DNA of 64,000 bases. Source: Azolla caroliniana. Taxonomy: Eukaryota > Plantae > Polypodiophyta. The translations under genes were made by a program, and so were the position numbers. This document shows positions 39,601-51,776 of the stretch, piece by piece. The stretch's first letter is position 1; every line of letters starts with the position of its first letter. The notes under the pieces were generated by a model that saw only the letters and a list, made by a program, of their open reading frames with translations, had not been told where the DNA came from and made no database searches. The stretch spans positions 15,996,001 to 16,060,000 of the forward strand of contig JBHGNT010000005.1 in the NCBI GenBank assembly GCA_043228905.1. Direction: 5' to 3'.

Positions 39601-42241
39601 AGCAGTGCCGCTACCGCATGAACCCGAACTACGCGACCCACGTGAAAGAAGAAATTGACAAGCTCCTGAAGGCGGGGTTCATACGACTAGTTAAACAAGC
39701 GACATGGTTAAGCCCGATAGTGGTCATTCCAAAGAAAAACGGCAAAATACGGGTATATGTAGATTACTGAAAATTAAACGCCGTCACTATTATGGACGCA
39801 TTTCCCTTACCCTTCACCGATAGCGTACTGGACGTCGTCACAGGCCATGAGATGTACAGTTTTTTAGATGGCTTCAGTGGCTATAACCAGGTACGCATGC
39901 ATCTCAAGGACCAAGAAAAGACGGCATTTGTCCCAGACTGGGGAGTATATGTGGCAGTCGTCATGATGTTCGGGCTAAAGACGGCGCCGGCAACATTTCA
40001 ACGGACAATTACGGAGATCTTTGGGGAATACATTCCGGCGTTCATGCAAGTTTTTTTAGACAACTTTGCGGTATATGGGAGAACAATAGACCATTTTTCG
40101 CACTTACAACTGTGCCTGGAACGTTGTCACACCGCACGCTTAAGCCTGAACCCCGTGAAATGTGCTTTCGGCGTGACCAGCGGGACTCTCTTGGGCCATA
40201 TAGTGAGCAAGGAGGGAATAGCGGTTGATCCAAACAAAATCTCTGCGATTACGTAAGCCAACACTCTAACAAACGCCAAATCACTCAGCTGGTTTTTGGG
40301 ACAAATACGGTGACATAGTCGGATGATACGGTATTTGGCGGACTTCGCCACGCCGTTACACGCTGTCGTACATCGAACTCCTTTCCAATGGACTGCAACG
40401 GAGGATAAGGCCTACGAGGCACTTAAGATAATGCTCACACAGGCTCCCGTCGTACAACCACCAGTTTGGACGAAGCCATTCCACGTGTTTGTCGACGCCT
40501 CGGACATAGCAATAGGAAGTGCACTAATGCAGCTCACCGAACCAAGCTGGTATCGGCCAGTGTACTACGCTAGTCGCAAATTATCAACAGCAAAGTGTAA
40601 CTACTCCACAAAAGAGCGGGAGGCACTAGGGATGATCTATAACATCAATAAATTTCGGCACAATTTATTAGGAAGGAAATTCACGTTCCACATGGATCAT
40701 TCGGCCCTACTATATTTGGTGGAGAAACAAGCCCTGACAGGGAAATTGGCGCGGTGGATGCTGCTGTTGCAGGAATTCGAGTTTGTAATCCAACACCGAC
40801 TAGGGACGCAACACGCAATGGCGGATTTTTTGAGCAGACTCGAGAATGGAGAAACAATACAGAAAGATGACGACGATTTTCCGGACGCCGATATCCTGAT
40901 GGTAGCGACACTAGCAGAAAGAACGGAATTGACCCTTCCGGACCTGTGGCTTATGGAAATGACGTACTTTTTGACTACGGGACTGCCTCCACCATAATTA
41001 CGCACGGACGAGAAGAAACGACTAGCCGTCTGAAGCCGTCACTTCTACCTTGTCGAAGGTGTTTTATATCACAAAGGAAGTGACGGCATTTGGCGACGTG
41101 GGGTATGGCAGGATGAGAAGGAAACAGTTTTACGGGAGGCACATTGCGGCACGGCAGGCGACCATTACGCGGGCGATGTCACAACTCGGAAAGTATGGCA
41201 GGCGGGCATATGGTGGACAACAACGCAGAAGGACGCATCCGTGTATTGTAGAACATGTGATTTGTGTCAACGGATGGGACAACCTGTTGAGGCCTCAAGG
41301 ATGCCACACCAATCCGTATTACCGCTAGACCCCTTCCAAAAGTGGGGATTGGATTTTGTGGGGCCCTTCACACCGGCAGCAGCCCGTACGGGCAATAAAT
41401 ACATATTGGTAGCCACGGATTATTGCACAAAATGGGTAGAAGCAAAGGCACTACATGAAAATACGGCGGTCGTCACAGCCAGATTCCTTTATGAGCACAT
41501 CTGGTGCCGGTTCGAATGTCTGATTGAGCTTATCAGTGACTAGGGGAGCCACTTTCTCAATACGGTTGTTTGAGAATTAACACATCATTACGCCGTAGTC
41601 CATAAGAAGAGTACACCATATTATCCGCACGCGAATGGATTAGCAGAATCCACCAACAAGACGTTGCAGACCATTTTGAAGAAAATCGTCAATGAAAATA
41701 GAACGGATTGGGTGTGTTATGGGCGTACAGAACCAGCTACAAAACAAACATATAGTTAACACCATTTCGACTAGCGTTTGGGCTGGAGGCTGTGATGCCG
41801 ATCAAATTTCAGGTACCTAGTTTGCGAATTCAGGTACAGAACCAACTATCAGAAGCCAAGTCGGAGGAGGTACGGCTCCACCAACTCCTCGAACTAGGGG
41901 AAAAACGCATCCACATCATGGCTATGTTGGAATAGGAACAACCACGGCGCAAAGCATTTGTGGATCGACATCGGAACGCAAGGGAAAAGGAGTTCGCAGT
42001 GGGTCGAGCAGTGCTGGTTTTCCAAACTCGCATGGGCCATATGCCGGGGAAGTTACGATTCCGCTGGACCGGCCCATACTGGATAATTGGAGCGGAACAA
42101 GGCACGTTCCAACTAGGTACGTTGGCCGGGGAAGTAGTCCCGCAAAAGGTGAATGGGGTTCGGCTCAAACCTTACCTGGGCCCTACGCCACCAAACCCAT
42201 TCACCGTCGAACAGAACAGAGCCAGAGAACCCGCACCGTAA
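36677..42241 (+). pseudogene. gag-pol (degenerate) of the Arg-primed Gypsy
   Basis: It includes gag with CCHC knuckles, protease IDDGS, RT WLSPIVVIPKKNGK and FLDGFSGYNQV, RNase H VDASDIAIG, and integrase WGLDFVGP. Multiple stops are present. Confidence 0.9.
39107..39564 (+). repeat. 229-bp tandem duplication upstream of RT
   Basis: 39107-39335 is repeated at 39336-39564. Confidence 0.9.
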
Positions 42242-42522
42242 ATAAGCGGCGGCCCCACTTGTACCATAATGTAAAAATAGGTTGTAGATAACCGTTACAA
42301 AAAAAAAAAGAAAAAAAAAGAAAAAAGGAGAAGATAGCGACTATTAAAACGACTAAAAAGGAGAACCCGCGGAACCACGATGGCTCACCGCCCAATGAAC
42401 CCTAAGCCACAAAAAGAAGGAAACAGAAGATTTTCTACACAAAACAGACACTCATCTTCTAGCTATCAGCGCTTCCATCGCTCCTCCCCCTCACCTTCTC
42501 CTCCATCCTATCACACAGCTAC

Positions 42523-42666
42523 AGCCGGATGGTGCAAGCCCGGTGTGAACCAGATGAGGAGTACTCGGCTACGGAGAGCCGGATGATGCAGGCCCGGTGT
42601 GGACCGGATGAGGAGTACTCGGCTACGGATAGCCGGATGACGCAGACCCGGTGCGAACCGGAGGAA
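42523..42666 (+). repeat. 54-bp tandem repeat (about 2.7 copies)
   Basis: AGCCGGATG... units start at 42523, 42577 and 42631. Confidence 0.85.
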
Positions 42667-44488
42667 GAGACATATTCGTAAATATGTTTCTGAGAGCCCA
42701 TCGAGGCTACATTTGTAAATAGCCGAAAAGTCATATTAGTATAAATATGACTTAGGGCAAACTTTTAGAGTGTTGTTGCTGTTATTTCTCGTTGGTGCAA
42801 GAAGAAGAGAGAGCGCGTAACTATACAGAGAGAGAGAGAGAGAGAGAATGAGGTTGTTGCCTCTGTTGTAACCGCCGCCTGTGGCGAAGATTGTGAGCAC
42901 GAGGTCGTTGCCTCCGTGAACTCACTATTTGTACATTCTTGCATAGTGACAGTTTGCAGCCTGTGGGCTTCCGTGGTTTTTCCCCTAGTTTGGGGTTTTC
43001 CACGTAAACCTCCTGTGTAATATCTTCCTCTTCTCTGTGTCGTGTTTTATTTCCCGTTTTCTGTGTATCATTCTAAGCTCGGTTGTGGCCGAGCGTTGCG
43101 CATAAGGAACGTTGAGTTCTCGTCACAACCGGCACATTCCATGGAGGCAGCCCTAGAGCCAGACACCGAAACACGGCAGGATAGCCCTAGACCGAAACAA
43201 CGTAGATTGGACAGGAAAGATGGGCGGGGGTTGGTCAAAAACGTTTTCACGACGACAGAAACACCGACCGAAGGCGATGGCTCCATAGCTACGGAACCCA
43301 ATACTACCTTTGAAATCATCCGGGAGCCACGGCCAATCATTACGACCTAGTCCCAAAGAGGGAAAGCCGTATTGACAATGGAAAGCAAGGTTTTGGCATA
43401 TCCGGATATCCCGGATACAACCCATGAATTCAAGCGCCCTCTTACAGTTCGACACTTCTTTTGAGCTCATGGAGTTCCTGGCAACACAACAAGTAAAAGC
43501 CACCCAACGAATGGCCGAAGAGCATGCGGAATGCCAGATGATTGAGCGCGCCCTAACACAAACCACGGAGAGCGACGATGAGGACCGGTTAGCCAGGGTC
43601 GGCAGACAGAGGAACGCAGGGGTACGCCGAGTGGGGATGGAGACACCCCCATTAAACACGGCCCTAGTCGAAGTCTATTGGGAACTGGCAAAGGTCAGCA
43701 CAGGCGCCAAGGAGATGGCCATACAAAATAAGAATGTCTGGAAGAAGGTGAAACTGACCCAAGTCGAACTACAAAAAGCCAACGAACGCATCGCGGAGTT
43801 GGAAGCTCACGCGGCTACGGCGCAACACGCAACTCCGCCACCAAACCAAGCCATCGACGCTTTAAAGGAAGAAATTGAGGCTCAGACCGCCATCTCCTCA
43901 AAAGCGAAAAGGGCCGTCCAACTAGCAGAATCAGAAATTGACCGCCTTCGAGTGGAACTACGCCAATCCTCAGACAGAGAAAAGGAGATACGGGTTAACG
44001 GCTGGAAGGCAATAAAAATCCTTGAAGAGAAACTCGCTACGGAGGTAGCTCAGCACATTCGTACAAAAGACAACAACGCCCAATTACGGGAGGACACGAA
44101 GATATCGGAGGTGGCAATCGCGGGACTCCGGACCTTATTAGAGAAAAAGAAGGTATGGTTCGACGAGCAGTTGGTGGTCGAACAAGACAGAAGGCATCAG
44201 CTCGAAATCCGCCTAAACAATGAAATGGGGAAATTTGAAGAACAACATGCAAAGGAATCCCAACTGTGGGCGGGCCTGAAGTCCACGTACGAGGAAGCGG
44301 CGACGGTTAAACAACAAGAAATCGCAAATCTCCAGAAGTCGATGGAAGACGCTGTCGGGGTAGTTGTGGTTCGTGCGGCGAAGTCGCGGGGACTAAGGTT
44401 AAGGGGAGTTGAAGAAACTTAAGTTTAATAAGGCTTGTATGGTGATGATAGAATGGTTAAGGATAGTAAGATGAAGAGTTACAAGTAA

Positions 44489-44533
<45 letters not shown>

Positions 44534-45295
44534 TGAGCATAGATAAAAGATAGAGACAATGTATGATTCAAGAAAGAAGATTGAGACAAAGTATGATTCT
44601 AGAAAGAAGATTGAGACAAAGTATGATTCAAAGAACAAGAGTATATGATATAAACATGATGTATATTAAAAATATAATATTTTACCAACTTTACAATCCT
44701 TGATCGCAAGATGAATCTTTTCAATACCAACCCTTGATTTGAACCCTCGACCTCAACTTCGAAACGAGAGGTTCTCCACCCAATGAACTAGTCTTCTTCA
44801 ATTAATTGTATTATTTTTTTACTCTCTCTTGATTCCTTGATTCCCTTTTGTTTTCCCTTTCCTCTCTTTTTATAAGTATTTCCATGCATATGGTAATGTC
44901 ATGCATGTAATGCATGAGTTACATCTGATGCATGATCGCCATTTGGCGCACATGCATTGCATGTGATGCATGATAGCCATCATGCTCATTTGAGCTCCCA
45001 TGTATTGGGATAAGTATAATGATGGATATAACCCTAAAACAAATAACCTAGCTTAGTGGTGTATGGTTTGTGCTTGATATACAAGGTTGAGGGTTCAAGT
45101 CCCTCAATTTTACTTAATACAATATATAGCTTCATTCTTATATCATGAAGCACATTTATTGTACACTTTTACAAATAAATAGCCTAGCCTAGTGGTATGT
45201 ACATTGTACATCGTATATAAGGATGTGGGTTCAAGTCTCTTAAATATTATTAAATACAACATTTAAGCTCATTTTTATATCGTGAAGCACATTCT

Positions 45296-48200
45296 TCACG
45301 ACACCCACCCCCTCTGAACTTGCACATTGGTTGTGCAGAGTTCATCCAACACTTCTTCCGATTCTTTTAGTTCTTCTACTTCTTCATAAAATTCAGGCTC
45401 TAATGACTCCCTCCTTTTAAATATTTTAATCCTTTTTCCTGCAATTGGGATACGAATTTCTGTCCCATTTAATTCATTGAGGAAATATGTGGCTTTATCT
45501 GTTATTTTCCTAACTTCATAAGGTCCAAACCATCTTTTTGCAAACTTCCGAATAGTACTGTATTGATTATCTAGGCTATTATCATATACTAATACCCAAT
45601 CTCCCTCTTGCACCTTTCTTGGTCGTATTCTTTTCATCTTGTCAAATCTGTCCTTATTCTTGATTCTTGCCTCTTTCAATCTAGTAGCTGCTTTTTCTAT
45701 GTCTTCTATCCTTGATTGAAGTTGTCGTATTCGAACCGCAAGTAAATCTTCCCTACTCATTTCTGATTCCCAAGGCAACACAACCCATGTAGTTATCTTT
45801 TCTTCAATTGGCATTATTGGCTTCTGTCCTGTGATTAATTCTGCAGGCATATATCCAGTAACAGTGCTGTGAGTTGTCCTATCAGCCCACAGTGCATAGG
45901 GTAAGGTTTTTGGCCAATCACTAACCCGTCCTCTACATGCCTTTGCCAAAGCTTTGACTATTGGCCCATGTCCCCTTTCTACCTTTCCATTAGCTTCTGG
46001 ATTGTACGCCGTTGTCAAAGAAAGCCGAATTCCTATTTTGTCGAAAAAATCTTGAGCTTCCGCAGAATTGAGTTCTCCCCTATCTGCCACTATCTTCCCG
46101 ATACATCCATATCTACAAACAATGTCCTCCAAGATGAATTGACATACTCCTAATGTCCCTTTTGTTCTCAATGAACGACCTTCCACTTGATTTGTTAGAT
46201 CTTCTCTAGCAAGAACCAAGTATCTCTTTTGTCCTACTCCAAGTGGCATTGTTACCAAATCTATCATCCACTTGTAATGCACCCCCGGTGAGTATGTTGG
46301 GTGTAATTCATCACAAAATTTTACATTTGAATAATATTGACAAGTGGGACAAGTTTCCACATACTTTTTTATTTGCTCATAGTATCGAGGCCACCAAAAT
46401 CGTTCTTTAATCTTACTGAAAGTGGCCCACACTCCTCGATGACCAACCCATTCTTTGTCATGCAGCTCTTTGATTATCTCCTTTCTTTGCCCTTCAGAAC
46501 CTATTACTCTTTGCGGGTTTCCAGTCTTGGTTTTCGGATGTCGCCATAGATATCCTTCATACAGGAAGAACTTATGGGCTTTCTTGCGAAACTGTGCGAA
46601 CTCTTTTCCAGATCGACCTTTGTACTTGTTAGGGGTTTGTAGGTATTTCCCTATTTCCTTGAATTCATCTTCATACTCCTCTTCTAGAAACTGCATTCCT
46701 CCTTCCCGAGTAATGCTTGTGGTAAGGACTGTTTGTTCTTTGTTCTCATTGTCCGAGTCTGGAATCTCCTCTTCCTCATACCTTGCTCTTGATAACATAT
46801 CTGCTACTGCATTTCTATTCCCAGAGATATGTCGAACTTCAGGGTTGATTGATCTAATATAGATACACCATCTTAACATGGCTTGATCTGGAATATCACA
46901 ATTAGCTATGATACCCAGAATAGGCAAACAATCAGTTTCTATTATTACTTCAGCACCAATTAAGTAATCTCTGTCTGTCTTTACAGCTGTTACTATCCCC
47001 CATAGCTCTCTTTTCACCTGTGCATATTTTCTTTGTCGACCACTAAGAACCTTTGCCCCGAATCGGACTGGATACCTTTCTTCCCTATCTTGTTGGCTTA
47101 TCACCCATCCAATTCCAATGGGACTAGAGTCTACTGTGAGATATATGGGCCGGGTGTAGTCTGGTTGCTTTAATGGTGGAGCTTGTGCCAAGTAGTACTT
47201 CAATTTCTTCATTGCCTCTGAATGCTCTTCACTCCATTCAAATGTCTCTCCTTTTCTTAGGAGTCTATATAAAGGTTCAGATAAATGGGCATAATGCGGA
47301 ATCCATTTACAGTAAAAAACACATACCCCCAGAAACCTTCGTACTTCTGAGATGGATGTACATTCCTCTTGCATATTTTGAATTGCATTGACCTTGGTTG
47401 GGGATGGCTTTCTCCCATACGGGCCACACATATGACCAACTATTAATATCTCTTTTGCCCCAAATATTGACTTCGCCCCTGATAAGGTCAAATGCACTTC
47501 TTCCATCCTTGATAGCACCTTCTCACAATCCTTGATATGATCAGCAACGAATTGACGGCAACCACTTTCGTCCAATTCCTCGTTCTTCTCTTCCTCCTTG
47601 CATCCCTTAATTGGAACATCATCTAGAAAAGGCATTGTAATATGAGGAATAAAATCACGAAGTACCTTGTTCATTCCATTCATCATATGCGCCACTGAGT
47701 TGGTCGCTCCTTGCGGCAAGGTGCACATCCGTACTAACCCTATAGGTGTCTTGATAGAAGTTATATCTCGACTTTTGATAGCAAGTTGAAATTGATCATA
47801 TCCGGAATAAAGGTCTCCCATTGAATATATAGCTCTTCCTGCAAACATCTCAGCAAACTCATCCACAATTGGCCCTACTCCCGAGTTTCGGATTGTTACC
47901 TTATTCACGGGTTGCATATCTTGGATAAATCGGAGTCGCCCATCTTTCTTTAACACAGTGAACCATCGACTCGAGTAAGGAGCGTTCGATGGTTCCAAGA
48001 TACCCATCCTTATCTTTTCTTTCAAAAGTTCTAATAGTTGAGGGATTCTAGCCCTAGGCATGGGTATTGGCTTAAAGTTCCATGGAATATGAGGGATAGT
48101 GAATATAACCATGGGCTCCACAATTTCTGGATCCACACACCCTATTTCCTCCGGTTGGAATGCAAACGCCTTTCCATGCCTTTTTAACATCTCCCTGAAC

Positions 48201-48760
48201 TGCTTTTCTTCAGCGGGTAATAGGAAGTCACCCCCTCCTATTTTCATCCCTTGTATTGTTTCCGGAGTAAACACATGTCCTACCTTTCGTGGGTCTCTGA
48301 TCATTGGCTCTGTGGCTGCTTCTTTGATTGCCTTTTCACTATCCCCTGGAAGTGGAGCAGCAATAGGACGAACCTTCTTCTCCACTGTCTTGTATTTTGT
48401 TAGTACATGTGCTTCATGATCCTTTCGAGCAACTTCTTCAATGACCTCATACATCTTGATTGAATGGACAGGAACTTGGATTTCGTTGTCTTCTTCCATT
48501 GCTTCCAAATGAGTTATTGTATCTTCAAAACTTAATTCTTCAAACATATCCTGAATTTCTTCATCATCATCTATTAATCCAGAACACTTAAAGTACTCGA
48601 AAGCATTTTGTATTTTATTATTATTTACTTTTAGTATAAAAGTAGCACCATTAGATGAGATTGTACAAGGAATATCTTTATTTACATTATTATTTATGGG
48701 GTTTTCTTTTATGCTCGGGCTATCACAGCCCCTACCTGTAAAAGCCCTATCTAAAAATCC
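45296..48760 (-). CDS. pol: Pol (RT-RNase H-integrase), probably reached by -1 frameshift
   Basis: The 1083-aa ORF 48547-45296 lies in a frame that is open back to the GGATTTT site at 48760-48754. It contains RT PFLDDVP, RNase H TVDSS and integrase IVADRGE. Confidence 0.9.
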   Translation of the reverse strand, partial: GFLDRAFTGRGCDSPSIKENPINNNVNKDIPCTISSNGATFILKVNNNKIQNAFEYFKCSGLIDDDEEIQDMFEELSFEDTITHLEAMEEDNEIQVPVHSIKMYEVIEEVARKDHEAHVLTKYKTVEKKVRPIAAPLPGDSEKAIKEAATEPMIRDPRKVGHVFTPETIQGMKIGGGDFLLPAEEKQFREMLKRHGKAFAFQPEEIGCVDPEIVEPMVIFTIPHIPWNFKPIPMPRARIPQLLELLKEKIRMGILEPSNAPYSSRWFTVLKKDGRLRFIQDMQPVNKVTIRNSGVGPIVDEFAEMFAGRAIYSMGDLYSGYDQFQLAIKSRDITSIKTPIGLVRMCTLPQGATNSVAHMMNGMNKVLRDFIPHITMPFLDDVPIKGCKEEEKNEELDESGCRQFVADHIKDCEKVLSRMEEVHLTLSGAKSIFGAKEILIVGHMCGPYGRKPSPTKVNAIQNMQEECTSISEVRRFLGVCVFYCKWIPHYAHLSEPLYRLLRKGETFEWSEEHSEAMKKLKYYLAQAPPLKQPDYTRPIYLTVDSSPIGIGWVISQQDREERYPVRFGAKVLSGRQRKYAQVKRELWGIVTAVKTDRDYLIGAEVIIETDCLPILGIIANCDIPDQAMLRWCIYIRSINPEVRHISGNRNAVADMLSRARYEEEEIPDSDNENKEQTVLTTSITREGGMQFLEEEYEDEFKEIGKYLQTPNKYKGRSGKEFAQFRKKAHKFFLYEGYLWRHPKTKTGNPQRVIGSEGQRKEIIKELHDKEWVGHRGVWATFSKIKERFWWPRYYEQIKKYVETCPTCQYYSNVKFCDELHPTYSPGVHYKWMIDLVTMPLGVGQKRYLVLAREDLTNQVEGRSLRTKGTLGVCQFILEDIVCRYGCIGKIVADRGELNSAEAQDFFDKIGIRLSLTTAYNPEANGKVERGHGPIVKALAKACRGRVSDWPKTLPYALWADRTTHSTVTGYMPAELITGQKPIMPIEEKITTWVVLPWESEMSREDLLAVRIRQLQSRIEDIEKAATRLKEARIKNKDRFDKMKRIRPRKVQEGDWVLVYDNSLDNQYSTIRKFAKRWFGPYEVRKITDKATYFLNELNGTEIRIPIAGKRIKIFKRRESLEPEFYEEVEELKESEEVLDELCTTNVQVQRGWVS

Positions 48761-49874
48761 TGGGAAAACTCTTCATCCATCTCTTGAATTGGATGTTCCC
48801 TCAAGCATTCTTTGTTTCTTTCATGGTTGGGCCTCACGGTTAAGAATTGGACAGTCTTTCTTCCATCTTGACTCTTGATTCTCGCGAAAGCCGAACCATC
48901 ATCAATAACCTTTGTTTCCATCCTCACTGCGGTGATGTAGGGCTGGCCAAGGATGACGGGGTAGGTTGATCGATCCTGCACAAAGAAATTTTGATTCACC
49001 GAGACATCACCAATTGTTACCTTCACACTAGGACATGCTCCGAATAGATCCTCCGTAGTTTCTGTGGCAGCTCTTATTTTCCACCCATGATTCTTGTCGA
49101 TCGGCCATCGTCCTCGAGCGTAAAATTCCGATGACATCATGTTAATCTCTGATCCATGATCAATCAAAGCAATACATGGAATTTGCTGCTCCCCAATTTT
49201 TGCAGGTGCCTCCGTTGTTGCTCGAGCCCAATGGTCCCTTGTATAGTGACTCCTATCCCCTTCATGGACGCCAACATCATTCTGGTTTTTTACACTTGCA
49301 GCATTGATGGTGCCACCATACAAATCTTGGAGTGTTGCTGCACACCCTCCCGTAATTTCCTCCGTCACCTGTCTCTTCCTTCTTTAATATTAGTAGCTTG
49401 TAGAAACAATATGACTTTATCTGGCACTATTATATTTCTATCTCTAACATTTAGTTGCTCAAATCTTTCAGAAAACTCTTTTAATACTTCCAAAACACTT
49501 AAATGTTTATTAGACTCTACCCAATCCATGAAAGCTCGCCTTGTCATCCTTGACATATCGTTGAGGTTGTATTCATTGAGTAATGCCCTTTCGAATGTTG
49601 TCCATGTCTGATTCTCCCTTTGGAGCTCTTGGATCCTCTCTTGTAGCCCAATCGCAGCGACTCGACTAAAGCTATTAATTTTTGTAGCTTCGTCGACACC
49701 GCGTTTAAGCATTTCTTCATTATAAATCTTCAAAAATCTTGTTAAATTTATACCTTCGAAGATTCCTACTCGTGCGAGAATATTGTCGACGGCTTTGTCG
49801 ATGCTTGCCATCATCCCTTGTTCCCACATCACTCGTTCCATCATCGTACACATAAGCCTCATTTGCTCCTCCAT
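48751..49874 (-). pseudogene. gag: Gag-protease with internal deletion/frameshift
   Basis: Two ORFs (49874-49365 and 49368-48751) match the N- and C-terminal parts of the 717-aa gag-PR at 53888. The zinc knuckle region is missing. The protease motif is ALIDHGSEIN. Confidence 0.85.
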
Positions 49875-50052
49875 TTCTCCTCGTCGTCGCCTTCACATCG
49901 GGTTCACCAAATGTGTCGGGGTAGTTGTGGTTCGTGCGGCGAAGTCGCGGGGACTAAGGTTAAGGGGAGTTGAAGAAACTTAAGTTTAATAAGGCTTGTA
50001 TGGTGATGATAGAATGGTTAAGGATAGTAAGATGAAGAGTTACAAGTAATGT

Positions 50053-50099
<47 letters not shown>

Positions 50100-51757
50100 G
50101 AGCATAGATAAAAGATAGAGACAATGTATGATTCAAGAAAGAAGATTGAGACAAAGTATGATTCTAGAAAGAAGATTGAGACAAAGTATGATTCAAAGAA
50201 CAAGAGTATATGATATAAACATGATGTATATTAAAAATATAATATTTTACCAACTTTACAATCCTTGATCGCAAGATGAATCTTTTCAATACCAACCCTT
50301 GATTTGAACCCTCGACCTCAACTTCGAAACGAGAGGTTCTCCACCCAATGAACTAGTCTTCTTCAATTGATTGTATTATTTTTTTACTCTCTCTTGATTC
50401 CTTGATTCCCTTTTGTTTTCCTTTCCTCTCTTTTTATAAGTATTTCCATGCATATGGTAATGTCATGCATGTAATGCATGAGTTACATCTGATGCATGAT
50501 CGCCATTTGGCACACATGCATTGCATGTGATGCATGATAGCCATCATGCTCATTTGAGCTCCCATGTATTGGGATAAGTATAATGATGGATATAACCCTA
50601 AAACAAATAACCTAGCTTAGTGGTGTATGGTTTGTGCTTGATATACAAGGTTGAGGGTTCAAGTCCCTCAATTTTACTTAATACAATATATAGCTTCATT
50701 CTTATATCATGAAGCACATTTATTGTACACTTTTACAAATAAATAGCCTAGCCTAGTGGTATGTACATTGTACATCGTATATAAGGATGTGGGTTCAAGT
50801 CTCTTAAATATTATTAAATACAACATTTAAGCTCATTTTTATATCGTGAAGCACATTCTTCACGACAACGCACGCAACTGTTGCCAGGCCATCACAGATA
50901 ACGTGCGTATCCTTCTCCAAACAAATCGGGAGAGGTTCACAGCGCAATTGAAAACGGCGTTGGACTAAGGATGGATGGCATGGGCAACCCAAGCAGCGGA
51001 ATTGCACGCGTATCGTGCAGACTGGGAGAACCGGCGAAGACAGTCGGGGTTTCTATAAACTAAATGAGGAGAGCATTGCGGCCGTACGAGAGGACCTAGC
51101 GCAAGACTATCGTGCGCTAGCGGACCAACACTCCGAAGAACTCACGCAGCTCTTAGATGATTTTGGTGAAAGTTAGGAGGAGCTATTTCACCAAATCACA
51201 CAAGTCGACAACACGCGCACAAACGAGGAATCCAGCGCGACGCCAATTCCGAGCACGGCCGAAGAAGAGGAACCTTAGGCCCAATCACTAGAAATGATAA
51301 CGATGGAGAACAGCAGGGACCGACGAGCGGAGTTCCCCATAGGACCAGACAACGAAACCACTGCACAAAAAGAGGTTCATCCGCATGAGCCCACACTATC
51401 ATCAGACCGCACGGAGAACGGTGCGGGCCAGGCGGAATCTCCGCCCCACTCCCAGGAATGTACAAAAACGGCCGACACCAAGGAGGACGTAACAATGGAG
51501 GCAGAGCCGCAGCCGACTGCAAGCACGACAACGGCAGAGCCCAACCCACTAACTCAAGAAGGGCCCACCGTACCCAGACCGCCCACACACGGCGACTGCG
51601 ACTCCGGGAGAGACCAGCCCGACCAAACAAGGGAGCCACACCACGATGCACCTACGGGCCCTACGTCACCTCCGGACACGGACACCGCAGCAGAGCCGAA
51701 CATCCGGGCCATTTTGGAAGAGGATTAAATGGGATGGGTCCGACGTGCCAAGGCACT

Positions 51758-51774
51758 GTCCCACAGGCGTGCCA
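51758..51774 (+). promoter_or_regulatory. tRNA-Arg 3'-end-like sequence (inverted PBS) at the PPT position
   Basis: GTCCCACAGGCGTGCCA is followed by GG and then the LTR TG. Its reverse complement is TGGCACGCCTGTGGGAC. Confidence 0.7.
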
Positions 51775-51776
51775 GG

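Larger units (their letters stand above)
44353..50867 (-). mobile_element. Trp-tRNA-primed Ty3/Gypsy element, AT-rich, gag internally deleted, pol intact
   Basis: LTRs are 44353-45303 and 49914-50867. The 4-bp TSD ACGC is at 44349-44352 and 50868-50871. The PBS TGGTGAACCCGATGTGAA is at 49909-49892 and the PPT is at 45316-45304. Confidence 0.95.
43141..51728 (+). pseudogene. Extra 3' ORF of the Arg-primed element (coiled-coil region, then Pro/Thr/Glu-rich tail), split by the 44353-50867 insertion
   Basis: ORFs lie at 43141-43350 and 43424-44352 (E/K/A/Q-rich heptads), continue after the TSD at 50872, and include 51294-51728. Confidence 0.6.

Noticed and set aside
42523-42666. Regularly spaced repeats resembling a CRISPR array
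   Set aside because: The units are contiguous 54-bp tandem repeats without unique spacers. The context is a eukaryotic TE and no cas genes are present.
43424-44422. env gene or host SMC/myosin gene
   Set aside because: No transmembrane segment or ATPase motif is visible. It lies between integrase and the 3' LTR, and its last codons are read-through into the inserted LTR.
45047-45105. Functional tRNA gene
   Set aside because: A and B boxes are present, but I could not build a convincing acceptor or anticodon stem. It is reported only as a Pol III-like motif.
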